DNA of 64,000 nucleotides from an uncultured Planctomycetia bacterium (GTDB lineage Bacteria; Omnitrophota; Gorgyraeia; Tantalellales; Tantalellaceae), in the NCBI GenBank assembly GCA_964421015.1, contig CAYQUS010000001.1, positions 300,726-364,725 of the forward strand, given 5' to 3'. Position 1 is the stretch's first letter. The number at the start of each line of letters is the position of its first letter. The translations under genes and the position numbers were made by a program. Below the pieces are notes generated by a model, which had not been told where the DNA came from, searched no databases, and saw only the letters and a list, made by a program, of their open reading frames with translations. This document shows positions 9,504-18,318 of this stretch, one piece after another.

Positions 9504-10277
9504 TCAGGCCCGCGTTATCCAGGCATCGGGCCAATATGTCAGCTCTTCGACAACAAACGCCTCCCCGTACATAGCACCGGGGCGCTCTATTTTAAATTCA
9601 GGATGTGTACGGACAAATTCACGCGCCGCTTCAGCCGGATTATCCGATAGCCACTCTTTCCTGCCGTTCGGCGTATCCGCCAGGCGTTCCATTATCCCAT
9701 CTGCGGCCACAATGTATGATCCGGAGCCTACAAGTGTAGCGTAGATCTCCAGCTCTTTCGACACATGATTCCTGGAATGGTCGCTGTCCAGGAAAACAAA
9801 GACCTTTTCGCCGGCCGAGATGTTTTCCTTCACTTTCCTTACGGTATCATCTGACACAGAAGAACCCTCAATAAGTGTGATAAGATCAGAGAATGGGCTC
9901 TTCCCTATGCTGCGGCGCACTTCCTGAGGTATAGTGATATCAATAGAAATAACTTTCCCCTTCCCCATAAGACGACAAATCGAAGCAAAAAAAACGGCGC
10001 TTCCTCCCCGACTCACCCCGGTCTCAATAATAACATCAGGTTTTATAGTGAACACAGATTCCTGGAGCCTCATAAGATCCTCGGGAAACTGCCATATCGG
10101 AAAACCACACCAGGAAAACGACTGCCAATGCAAACTGTTCCACTCCTGTTTTATCCACAGGTCTGACAATGATCTAAAACCCTCAGGAGAATATAACCCG
10201 AACCTTTTCTCTTCCCCGCTCGAGCTCACTGTTGTTACCGTTTTGTCCGCATCGTCTATAATAATTCTCATAAGCAC
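9504..10277 (-). CDS. CmcI-family (cephalosporin-hydroxylase-like) SAM-dependent O-methyltransferase, of the kind that O-methylates rhamnosyl or sugar residues.
   Basis: 257 aa. WQFPEDL...KPDVIIETGVSRGGSAVFFA...KVFVFLDSDHS is the CmcI family pattern. Confidence 0.6.
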   Translation of the reverse strand: MLMRIIIDDADKTVTTVSSSGEEKRFGLYSPEGFRSLSDLWIKQEWNSLHWQSFSWCGFPIWQFPEDLMRLQESVFTIKPDVIIETGVSRGGSAVFFASICRLMGKGKVISIDITIPQEVRRSIGKSPFSDLITLIEGSSVSDDTVRKVKENISAGEKVFVFLDSDHSRNHVSKELEIYATLVGSGSYIVAADGIMERLADTPNGRKEWLSDNPAEAAREFVRTHPEFKIERPGAMYGEAFVVEELTYWPDAWITRA

Positions 10278-10285
10278 CCGCCCCC

Positions 10286-11047
10286 CTAACGCGTCGCCAC
10301 TAAAGTGAATAGTTCTATCTTTTTGTTCATCGGCACAAAAAAGTGTTTAGAAACTGAGAGATCGAACTTGTTAAACCCTCTGAGCTCCAACAAGTTCTCA
10401 AACACCTTAGGCCCTATCCACCACCATGTCCATGCCCCAAAACTTTTGGCCCTTTCTCTTTTGGGCATGAATTCCATCAGTGGCCGCTTCAGATCCATAT
10501 CTGGAGGCAGTCGGTCAGTGATTATTATCGCTTCCTTAGCCCTGTCGGCAGCGAATTGGATAGCGCCCACGGGATTACGTGTGTGCAGAAGCACGGAACC
10601 GAACGTAACAACATCGAAATCGCCCAGCTCTTCCGGAATATCGTATATCGATCCGAAACTGAGTTCGAGTTTTGACCCTAAACGGTTACGGCAATAATAC
10701 CACCCATTATTAAGCCTGCCCATGGTCGAACGCATAGTCCTTTCGACTTCGCGATAATCCTGATCCGAGGTCGGCATAATATCCCAGCTATGAGACGGAG
10801 AAAGATCATAGGGAGTAACTACTGCCCCTTCCTTTTCCATCCAGAAAGCATGACTACCCGTGGCCGTTCCGATCTCAAGAACAGTCTTTCCCTTAAAATC
10901 AAAACTGCCATGGTATTCGCGTTCAGTATATCTGAAATCCCATTGCCCTGGGGTAGGCTCCTCTCCGGGAAGATCTATAACATGAAAAAACGCACATTCT
11001 TCTCTTTTTGGATCCTGATCCACCTTTTGATAACCGACCTTATCCAT
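10286..11047 (-). CDS. Class I SAM-dependent methyltransferase.
   Basis: 253 aa. Motif I KTVLEIGTATGSHAF, then FDVVTFGSVLLHTRNP. Confidence 0.6.
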   Translation of the reverse strand: MDKVGYQKVDQDPKREECAFFHVIDLPGEEPTPGQWDFRYTEREYHGSFDFKGKTVLEIGTATGSHAFWMEKEGAVVTPYDLSPSHSWDIMPTSDQDYREVERTMRSTMGRLNNGWYYCRNRLGSKLELSFGSIYDIPEELGDFDVVTFGSVLLHTRNPVGAIQFAADRAKEAIIITDRLPPDMDLKRPLMEFMPKRERAKSFGAWTWWWIGPKVFENLLELRGFNKFDLSVSKHFFVPMNKKIELFTLVATR

Positions 11048-11084
11048 ACTCCCCCTTAAAATAATATGTGCGCGACAGCTACGA

Positions 11085-12110
11085 TCATTTCCAATCGATC
11101 CCCCAGGATCCCGGATCGCTATTGCGCAATTCTTCTATTTCCCTGAGGCCTTTAAACTCCGGTTCCGCGAAAAATCTTTCCATATCACTTTTCCACCTAT
11201 CAGGATCATATAAGAAAGGCTTATCCGAAAAGAACGTCATGGGGAAATCCCCGACCATCGCCTTAAGATCCCGATTGTATTTTACATGATCTTTCCTTAT
11301 CCGGTTTGAAAAGTCTTCCGAAATATAAAAAGCTCCTCTAAACCGGCTATCCGACAATGCAAGCCTTTTCAAGGCTGCGTAGTACTCCCTTTTATGGGAA
11401 GTAACCCTGTTAAGCGCTAACTTAAAGACCAAAAGATTCCCCGAAATTGTCGGATTACTGTCCGTAGGATTTTCGTCAGGAGCAAGATCCAACCCGAGCC
11501 TCTCGATAAAATCTCCAACAACTCCGCTTTTCTTTTCCCTCGCGTTCTCATAGCTGATAAACTCCGTCTCGTCCGCGAACTTCTCCCAGAATTTTATGAA
11601 CGCCTCAAGACCCACCCGTCGGAAAATAGAGCAATATTCCGCGAAGGAACAGAAAGTCCCGGTGGCCTGAATTTTTTGGGCCCATGCGCTCCGTGTTGAA
11701 TCTAGAAATTCGCGCAGATAACAGATAACTTTAATATTGTACGGCTCCCTTGAGAAAATTTTTGCTAGACGAGGAGCTTTACCAAAAAATCTTCTAAGTC
11801 TGTCAGCTTTTGTAAGGTTCTGAAATCCTTCCGAGCTGACTATAATGCGCCGGAAAGCCGCAACCTCTTCATCGAACCTCGCTTTCAGATCCGATATCTC
11901 CTCCTCACTGATGGAACTTTTTTGGTGACAGGCTGCAGATATCTCTCCTTGCTGAGGAGAAAATAACCTTGTCCCTGTCCTTGGGTAACATACACCCTGG
12001 CGCGCCAGAACTTCGCGGTTTCCAGTAAGAAAAGCCTGTATAGCGCTTGAGCCTGTTTTAGCTCTGCCAATATGAAGATATAACAACTTTTTAGACATGT
12101 CCAAACCCAT
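11085..12110 (-). CDS. Putative sulfotransferase-fold protein (P-loop-like PAPS-binding motif). Function uncertain.
   Basis: 341 aa. N-terminal LYLHIGRAKTGSSAIQ resembles the sulfotransferase 5-prime-PSB motif. It sits directly downstream of two clear sulfotransferase genes. Confidence 0.4.
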   Translation of the reverse strand: MGLDMSKKLLYLHIGRAKTGSSAIQAFLTGNREVLARQGVCYPRTGTRLFSPQQGEISAACHQKSSISEEEISDLKARFDEEVAAFRRIIVSSEGFQNLTKADRLRRFFGKAPRLAKIFSREPYNIKVICYLREFLDSTRSAWAQKIQATGTFCSFAEYCSIFRRVGLEAFIKFWEKFADETEFISYENAREKKSGVVGDFIERLGLDLAPDENPTDSNPTISGNLLVFKLALNRVTSHKREYYAALKRLALSDSRFRGAFYISEDFSNRIRKDHVKYNRDLKAMVGDFPMTFFSDKPFLYDPDRWKSDMERFFAEPEFKGLREIEELRNSDPGSWGIDWK

Positions 12111-12158
12111 GTTGAAACAAACAAAGAACAGCGCCCGAACTAACTTGTGAATTACCGA

Positions 12159-13118
12159 TCATCCGTTTACCTGTTTTTCATAATTCAGAAAATGAGCCTC
12201 CAGTTCACGCAATGCCGTCAAGTCGACTTCGCCCGGGAAGTGATCTTTGATCGAATTATAATACGCCGCCGCTTCACGGATATTTTTCGACCCTGAAAAA
12301 CTTTTACAGGCACCCTTAACTCCAGAGCTGTTTATTTTTTCCTTGAGTGGCAAAAGACAATCAGAAGAAAATACCTCCCCCAGAAAGTCCAGACAATCTT
12401 TGAGCGTTTTTTCCGGAGACGCTATCAGATCATCGTATTTTATCCTCATCACCCTCCCCCGACCAAGCGCTCGCTCCCCCTTAACCGCATAACTCACTGA
12501 CCGCATCCATCGCGCACAAGCATCATCACTTTTGATGTCCTTTCCGGCACCCCCTGCTCCCGAGAATCCGGTGAAAGAACTCACGACAGCCACGGGGTCT
12601 CGTAGCAGGTGTATAAACTTCGCTTCCGGAAAAAGTTTTGCAAGCGCATACATATAGAAAGTATTCTCCGGGCCGCCGTCCACCCATCGTTTTTTCGAAT
12701 CATCCGGAGACCGGACTACCTGATAATTCCCGGCCGAAACCACACCCGGATCAGGACTCAATAAACCGTTCCGTTCCATACTCTTTATGTTTTCTTCGGG
12801 AACAATGTGATTTGAAACTGACAACTTCCGTATAAATCTGAGACGGGGTTCTCGCGTATCAGTTATAAACTGATCGACTGCCTTCCCGAAAGCAGCGTAA
12901 AAATCGTTTTCATCCCAATCAAGCGCGCTTAAGTGGGAATATCTTCCGTGTACTGTTCCGAACCTGTAAAGTTCTTTCATCCTGACAGCCAATCTTGCTA
13001 TCCAATGCGTTTCCGGGAGCGGCAGTATATTCGGATGCTGACCAAGGCACCATGTTAGGACACTGGTCCCTGATCTGCCCGATCCGACTATAAATATCGG
13101 TTTGTTATCAGACTGCAT
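12159..13118 (-). CDS. Sulfotransferase (PAPS-dependent, bacterial Sulfotransfer_3-like).
   Basis: 319 aa. PIFIVGSGRSGTSVLTWCLGQHP is the 5-prime-PSB PAPS-binding loop. It is a paralog of the adjacent gene. Confidence 0.65.
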   Translation of the reverse strand: MQSDNKPIFIVGSGRSGTSVLTWCLGQHPNILPLPETHWIARLAVRMKELYRFGTVHGRYSHLSALDWDENDFYAAFGKAVDQFITDTREPRLRFIRKLSVSNHIVPEENIKSMERNGLLSPDPGVVSAGNYQVVRSPDDSKKRWVDGGPENTFYMYALAKLFPEAKFIHLLRDPVAVVSSFTGFSGAGGAGKDIKSDDACARWMRSVSYAVKGERALGRGRVMRIKYDDLIASPEKTLKDCLDFLGEVFSSDCLLPLKEKINSSGVKGACKSFSGSKNIREAAAYYNSIKDHFPGEVDLTALRELEAHFLNYEKQVNG

Positions 13119-13122
13119 ATTC

Positions 13123-14172
13123 TCACCGTCCCCAGATTTCCGATAAACTTCTTAAAAAAGATCCCGTCGTGCGAATAAGCCCGGCTTTCGCCAAACGCAA
13201 ACAGTTTATCCATTGACATTGTTCTTCTCTAGACGCAGACAAAAATCTTTTTTCTAAAACACAGAGTGCCCCAAAATCCGGTTCCGCTGGAGGAAACGTA
13301 TGCATGATCTCACGATACAATATGTTCGCGCGCCTGCCTTCAGGGGATGCGGGATCCGGCTCGTTCAGATCAGCGCCAGATGTCCTGGAACTGTTCATCC
13401 TTTCATTTAACGGCAAAAGACAGTCCTGACAAAATGGCTCTCCCAGAAAAGACAGGCATCTCCTTACAACACTTTCCGGATCCGTCTCCAATTCAGAATA
13501 ATTTATTCTCAGAACTTTACCCGCCCCCAGCGCTTTTTCCGCCGTCACAACATCGCTAGTCGCCTTTACCCATACCCGGTAAGCATCCTTTTGGCTGTAA
13601 TCCGCCGTTTTCTTATTAGCCTTGGAAAAATTCATGAGGGAACGTGCCACCGCATCTGGTTCCCTTAAAATATGTATGAATTTCGCCCCGGGGAAAAGCA
13701 GTGATAAACCGTAAATGTGCCTACTGTTCCCCGGAGCCCCGTCAACCCATCTTCTCTTGGGATCGCTGGGGCTTCTCTCTACACAACAACTCCTTCTCGT
13801 GTTACTAAGAGAAGACCGCAAGCCAGGCATATCGGTTCGAACTTTACCGTTCCTTATAAAACTCAGACGAGGCTCGCGTGTATCCACCACAAACCTGTAT
13901 ATGGCATGCCCCAACTCGGAGTAAAAATCATTCTCAGACCATCCGAGTGCCCCTATGTGGGAATAATGTCCGTTGGCCGTGCCCGCTTCATAAAGCTCTT
14001 TCATCATGGTCGTAAGCCTGAAAAGCCAGTTCGTTTCGGGAAGAGGCAATATATTAGGATGCTGTCCGAGACACCAGGTCATAACACTACTGCCGGACCT
14101 TCCGGACCCTACAATAAAGATCGGGTTATCCGTCACTTCCCCTCCGGTATTGTCAGAAAAATCTCTGTTCAT
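13123..14172 (-). CDS. Sulfotransferase, tandem paralog of 12159-13118.
   Basis: PIFIVGSGRSGSSVMTWCLGQHPNILPLPETNW is nearly identical to the neighbour over the first ~90 residues. The longest ORF starts at 14244 but overlaps the ABC exporter gene by 92 nt. Start trimmed to the ATG at 14172 (protein begins MNRDFSDN). Confidence 0.6.
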   Translation of the reverse strand: MNRDFSDNTGGEVTDNPIFIVGSGRSGSSVMTWCLGQHPNILPLPETNWLFRLTTMMKELYEAGTANGHYSHIGALGWSENDFYSELGHAIYRFVVDTREPRLSFIRNGKVRTDMPGLRSSLSNTRRSCCVERSPSDPKRRWVDGAPGNSRHIYGLSLLFPGAKFIHILREPDAVARSLMNFSKANKKTADYSQKDAYRVWVKATSDVVTAEKALGAGKVLRINYSELETDPESVVRRCLSFLGEPFCQDCLLPLNERMNSSRTSGADLNEPDPASPEGRRANILYREIMHTFPPAEPDFGALCVLEKRFLSASREEQCQWINCLRLAKAGLIRTTGSFLRSLSEIWGR

Positions 14173-15991
14173 TCCAGTACCTGTAAAATTTACCTTTCTT
14201 ATCAAGAAGCTCCGATAACGCGCCCTGTTCAGCCACGGTTCCATCTTCCAGGACCACTATCTTGTCGGCACCTCGTATCGTGAAAAACCTGTGCGCCGCC
14301 ACAATGGCCGTTCGGCCCGAAACTGCGTCGCTAATGGCCTCCTGTATGAGTTTCTCTGTACTCGAATCGAGCGAGCTAGTAGCTTCATCAAGTATAATTA
14401 TCTCCGCATCTCTGAGAAGCGCCCTGGCAATGGACAAACGCTGCTTCTCTCCTCCGGATAGTTGCGCGCCCCTTTCTCCTATAACCGTATCAAACCCATC
14501 GGGAAGACGCTTTATCAGCATATCTATCCGGGCTTTTACGGACGCTTCCATAAGCTCCTCTTCACTCACTTCCCGGTCGAGCCCATACGTCATATTCATC
14601 CTAATGGTGTCGTTAAAGAAAAAAGCATCCTGGCTCACGTAAGCTATCTTATCGAGAAGCGACTGTATCTTAAGATCTCGGATATCCGTACCGTCGAGTA
14701 ATATTGTCCCCGCCGGACAATCGTAAAACCGCATAATAAGGTGTATTAGTGTCGTCTTACCCGACCCCGTGGCGCCGACAATAGCCGTCATCTGCCCTTT
14801 ATTAAAAACCAGGGAAATGCCTTTCAATACCATATTCCTGCCGTCATAGGAAAAATCCAATCCCCTCACCTCTATACCGCTCCCTATGCCGGTAAACTCC
14901 CGAGTACCATCGGATAGAATGAACTTTTTTTCATCATCAAGCACTTCCAGTATCTTTTCTATCCGGGCACTGGATATGTTGAGATTTACCCTGAACTGAT
15001 TTATGGCGTTAAAACCGGGAAGAGAAAGTCTGGCAATGTAGAAAAAAACCAGATACGACGAAATGTTCCCTTTTCCCGAAGGCAAAAGGAACGCGACAGC
15101 CGAAGCCAGGGCAATAAACGCGACCGTCATACACAGTTCCTGTATGTGCGGAATGAGCCTTCCCTTCCTGTCGAGGCGGAACGATAATCGCGCCTCCTCT
15201 CTATTGGCTTCCTGGAACAGAGACTTTTCCCAATGTTCCATATTGTGAGCCTTTACCAGAGGCATCGCCATAAGAACGCTGAATATCCGGTCATCCAGGT
15301 CTTCCTCCGCCTTGACCTGTGCCCTCGAGATATTTCGTATACTGGCAGTGACCCACTGTGCCAGAAGAACAAAAAATGGGAATATGCACAACATAAGAGA
15401 TGTTAATTCCCATGAAATATACAGCATTATCCCCAAATACGCGGCAAGCGACAAAACCTGGCTGATAAGTTTCTGAATGTTATTAAGCTGCGCCGAGGTA
15501 GAAGAGGAAAATTTCATAATAACGGTATTTATCCTGCCGAGACTCGCCTTGTCGAAAAAGGATTTCCCGAACTTAAGATACCGTTCGAACATAAGCGACC
15601 TCAAACTGCCGGTCGCCCGCCGAACCAGGTAAGTCACGCCAATGTCCGACATGTACTGCAAAGTAAGTTTCGCCAGGGTTACAGCAAAAATCGACGTTAC
15701 AAGTACCAAGAAAACCGCCTCGAACTGTCCTGTCCCGGAAATAAAGGGACCAACTATGTTCTTCAGGACCGGCACACTGCCGACAAAACCGTAATCCCGG
15801 GTTATCATCACCCTTAAGGCCGCCATCAAAAGCTGGAGATTAAGCACCTGGAAAAGTATCGTCACGGAAGAAAGAAGTATCGTCAGGACAAAATAGCCCC
15901 GGTTCACACCCATTGTTTCCATGAACCGTATCAGGCGTATAGTTTCGGATGCCACCCCTAAATTTCTGTGATCATGATAATTCTTTTTCAT
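14153..15991 (-). CDS. ABC transporter, fused permease/ATPase (type I exporter, MsbA/PglK-like).
   Basis: 612 aa. N-terminal half has about six TM helices. Walker A GATGSGKTT, ABC signature LSGGEKQRLSIARAL, Walker B IIILDEATSSLD. Confidence 0.85.
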   Translation of the reverse strand: MKKNYHDHRNLGVASETIRLIRFMETMGVNRGYFVLTILLSSVTILFQVLNLQLLMAALRVMITRDYGFVGSVPVLKNIVGPFISGTGQFEAVFLVLVTSIFAVTLAKLTLQYMSDIGVTYLVRRATGSLRSLMFERYLKFGKSFFDKASLGRINTVIMKFSSSTSAQLNNIQKLISQVLSLAAYLGIMLYISWELTSLMLCIFPFFVLLAQWVTASIRNISRAQVKAEEDLDDRIFSVLMAMPLVKAHNMEHWEKSLFQEANREEARLSFRLDRKGRLIPHIQELCMTVAFIALASAVAFLLPSGKGNISSYLVFFYIARLSLPGFNAINQFRVNLNISSARIEKILEVLDDEKKFILSDGTREFTGIGSGIEVRGLDFSYDGRNMVLKGISLVFNKGQMTAIVGATGSGKTTLIHLIMRFYDCPAGTILLDGTDIRDLKIQSLLDKIAYVSQDAFFFNDTIRMNMTYGLDREVSEEELMEASVKARIDMLIKRLPDGFDTVIGERGAQLSGGEKQRLSIARALLRDAEIIILDEATSSLDSSTEKLIQEAISDAVSGRTAIVAAHRFFTIRGADKIVVLEDGTVAEQGALSELLDKKGKFYRYWNEQRFF

Positions 15992-16040
15992 AGAAAACTT
16001 GAATATCGCCGGCGTAATGCCAGACGGCCGGATGGCCCTT

Positions 16041-17072
16041 TCAATAAAGCTTTGGAAGGGCTGGTTCCGCTGAGATCTTATTGACGCTACCTAAAGTCTT
16101 CTCTATAACTTTCTTCGAAAGCAGCATGTACAGATAGGAGTCCCCGGTCCTTCTTCCAAATAACTTAAGTAATACAACTGAAAATAAATGCCTGAAAAAA
16201 TGGAACCCGTATTTGATAAAAAGAAATACGCGGATCGCCGCTTCGCCGTACCATTTATAGTATTTCCCGGCAAAATATATCTCGCTTTTCCGGTATTCCG
16301 TCATAGCGAGCATCAGGTTCTTTTTAGCGGAATAACCCCCGTAATGCACGATGGTTGTCTCGGGGAAATATCTTACGGCCCATCCCTTGGCGGCAAAACG
16401 CGCGCAAAGGTCTATGTCCTCAAAATACATGAAAAAGTTCTCATCCAGAAGCCCAGTATCAAAAAGCGCGGTACGTCGCATCATCATGCATGAACCCGAC
16501 ACCCAGTCGACATCGCTGCGCTCGCTGTGACGGGCATCAAGGTAGTCCCTGAAACTGTAATCTTTAAGAGAAAGACGGTAATGACATATCTTACGGCCCA
16601 GTTCTGTAAAAAAAGTCGGGAATGCCCCGCATGACATCTTGAAATTGCGTCTCTCATCCACCTGGCGCGGTCCCAGAACGCCTACCTTCCGGTTCTTTTC
16701 GTTGTCCATGTACAAAAGCATCCTGTCGAAAGTATTCTCAAAAATACATGTATCGCTGTTCAGAAGAACGATAAAATCACCGTAAGAGTTGTAGATACCG
16801 ATATTGTTAGCCTTGCTGAACCCTTCATTACTTCCCATACGGATAAGACGCACTTCAGGAAAAGCCGAAAGTTCCACAGGGTCGATCTCGCCGGAACTAT
16901 TATCGATGAGGACTATCTCAAAACTGCACCTCGGCCTGAAATCATATATGGACCTGATACAATCTCTTGTAAGGTTCCAGGTGCCATAATTGACTATTAT
17001 TACGCTAAGCTTAACTTTGCAAGATCCTTCCCTGTCCACACCTTCTCCGTTCTGTTTACCTCTTTTCCTCAA
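16041..17072 (-). CDS. GT2-family glycosyltransferase.
   Basis: 343 aa. LSVIIVNYGTWNLTRDCIRSI...EIVLIDNSSG...LNSDT is the GT-A DxD-type layout. Confidence 0.75.
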   Translation of the reverse strand: MRKRGKQNGEGVDREGSCKVKLSVIIVNYGTWNLTRDCIRSIYDFRPRCSFEIVLIDNSSGEIDPVELSAFPEVRLIRMGSNEGFSKANNIGIYNSYGDFIVLLNSDTCIFENTFDRMLLYMDNEKNRKVGVLGPRQVDERRNFKMSCGAFPTFFTELGRKICHYRLSLKDYSFRDYLDARHSERSDVDWVSGSCMMMRRTALFDTGLLDENFFMYFEDIDLCARFAAKGWAVRYFPETTIVHYGGYSAKKNLMLAMTEYRKSEIYFAGKYYKWYGEAAIRVFLFIKYGFHFFRHLFSVVLLKLFGRRTGDSYLYMLLSKKVIEKTLGSVNKISAEPALPKLY

Positions 17073-17089
17073 TTTCGACCGACAAACCT

Positions 17090-18175
17090 CTATCCCGCCC
17101 GGTGATATAACTCAAGGGTTTCCTTTGCGGCCTTTGCCCAGGAGAATTCCCGGGCCCGTTCCATCCCCTTTTCCACGAAACCGTCCGAAAGTTCCCTGTT
17201 CATGAGGATGTTGTATATGACGTCGGCGGATTTTTTGACATCGGTAGGCGGCACCATAAAGGCAGCGTCCCCCGCTACCTCGGGGAGAGAGGAACCTTCA
17301 GAACACACTACCGGCGTCCCGCACTGCATGGCCTCAAGAACCGTAAGCCCGAACCCCTCGTAAAGTGAGAGGTGAACCAGCACACTGGCGATACTGTAAA
17401 GCACCGCAAGATCCCTGGAAGGGACTTCCCCAAGATACCTGATATACCTGCCTTTAAGAATGTCTTTAAGCTCATCTTCTTTTTTATCCCATCTCCCGCA
17501 AACTACGAGCTGATGGGGAATACCCCAAGACCTCAAAAGCTCGAAAACCTTGAGAAGATTCCCCACGTTCTTATGGGGCTTTATACTTCCGACGTAAAGC
17601 ACTATATCTTTGTCCAGCCGGTACCTGCTCCGTACGTCCGCTATCCTGGTCTTATCGTCTATCCGGTGAAAATCTTTTCCTCCTGCCTCATACACAACAT
17701 CTATTTTAGAGGCAAAATCTTTGCCGAATATCCTCAGAAGATCCTGCTCCGTATGCCGGGATACCGAGATCACTTTTTCCGCTGTTCCCAGCGCCCGGCC
17801 TATCATGAAAGAAGCGTAGATCCTGGCTAAAGGTGACGGCACAGATTCTGGGAACAAAAGATATATGAGGTCATGTATCGTGACCACCATTCTACCCTTG
17901 TAAAGAAGCGGGATGTTGAAATGCGGAACGTGCAGCACGTCTAGTTTTGCCGACTCATATGGCGTGAAAAACTGTTCCCTTCCTGAATATATCGGCGCCT
18001 CCCATTCTACTATGCGGACTTTTTCCCTGGGGAGCGTCTCTTCAAGAACACCCGTTTTTCCAAAAACAACGAACTCGTCATCTTTGGATTGCCTTACCAT
18101 CTCCGGCAAAAGGCTTTTTATGTAGCTGCCTATCCCCGGATGGCTTATCATCCTCGCGTCAAAACCTATTCTCAT
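17090..18175 (-). CDS. GT4-family (GT-B, group 1) glycosyltransferase.
   Basis: 361 aa. The C-terminal domain EGFGLTVLEAMQCGTPVVCSEGSSLPEV is the GT4 EX7E motif. Confidence 0.8.
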   Translation of the reverse strand: MRIGFDARMISHPGIGSYIKSLLPEMVRQSKDDEFVVFGKTGVLEETLPREKVRIVEWEAPIYSGREQFFTPYESAKLDVLHVPHFNIPLLYKGRMVVTIHDLIYLLFPESVPSPLARIYASFMIGRALGTAEKVISVSRHTEQDLLRIFGKDFASKIDVVYEAGGKDFHRIDDKTRIADVRSRYRLDKDIVLYVGSIKPHKNVGNLLKVFELLRSWGIPHQLVVCGRWDKKEDELKDILKGRYIRYLGEVPSRDLAVLYSIASVLVHLSLYEGFGLTVLEAMQCGTPVVCSEGSSLPEVAGDAAFMVPPTDVKKSADVIYNILMNRELSDGFVEKGMERAREFSWAKAAKETLELYHRAG

Positions 18176-18318
18176 AACCGTCCTTCTTGCCCTTACCTCT
18201 TAACCTCAACCTTTAACCTGAACCCTAGATTTGGCCAAAATACAGTATGTATTTTGTTCTTATAGGTCAACTCACAGCCAAATCTACACCTTACTCCTTT
18301 CTCCTTCCCTCTTTCTCC

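Noticed and set aside
13123-14244. Longest-ORF N-terminal extensions at 2334-3212, 13123-14244, 32603-34258, 34201-35868, 50325-51056, 53342-53926 and 54889-55497.
   Set aside because: The extensions overlap the upstream genes by 24-124 nt. They precede the conserved N-terminal motifs (Rossmann or P-loop starts). Internal ATGs that create ATGA or short overlaps are more plausible, so I trimmed the starts. The exact starts remain unverified.
18236-18256. The hairpin CAAAATAC-AGTAT-GTATTTTG as an intrinsic terminator for the gene ending at 18319.
   Set aside because: On the transcribed (minus) strand the stem is followed by GCC rather than a U-run. The stem is also AT-rich. It is more likely a protein-binding site, or not significant.
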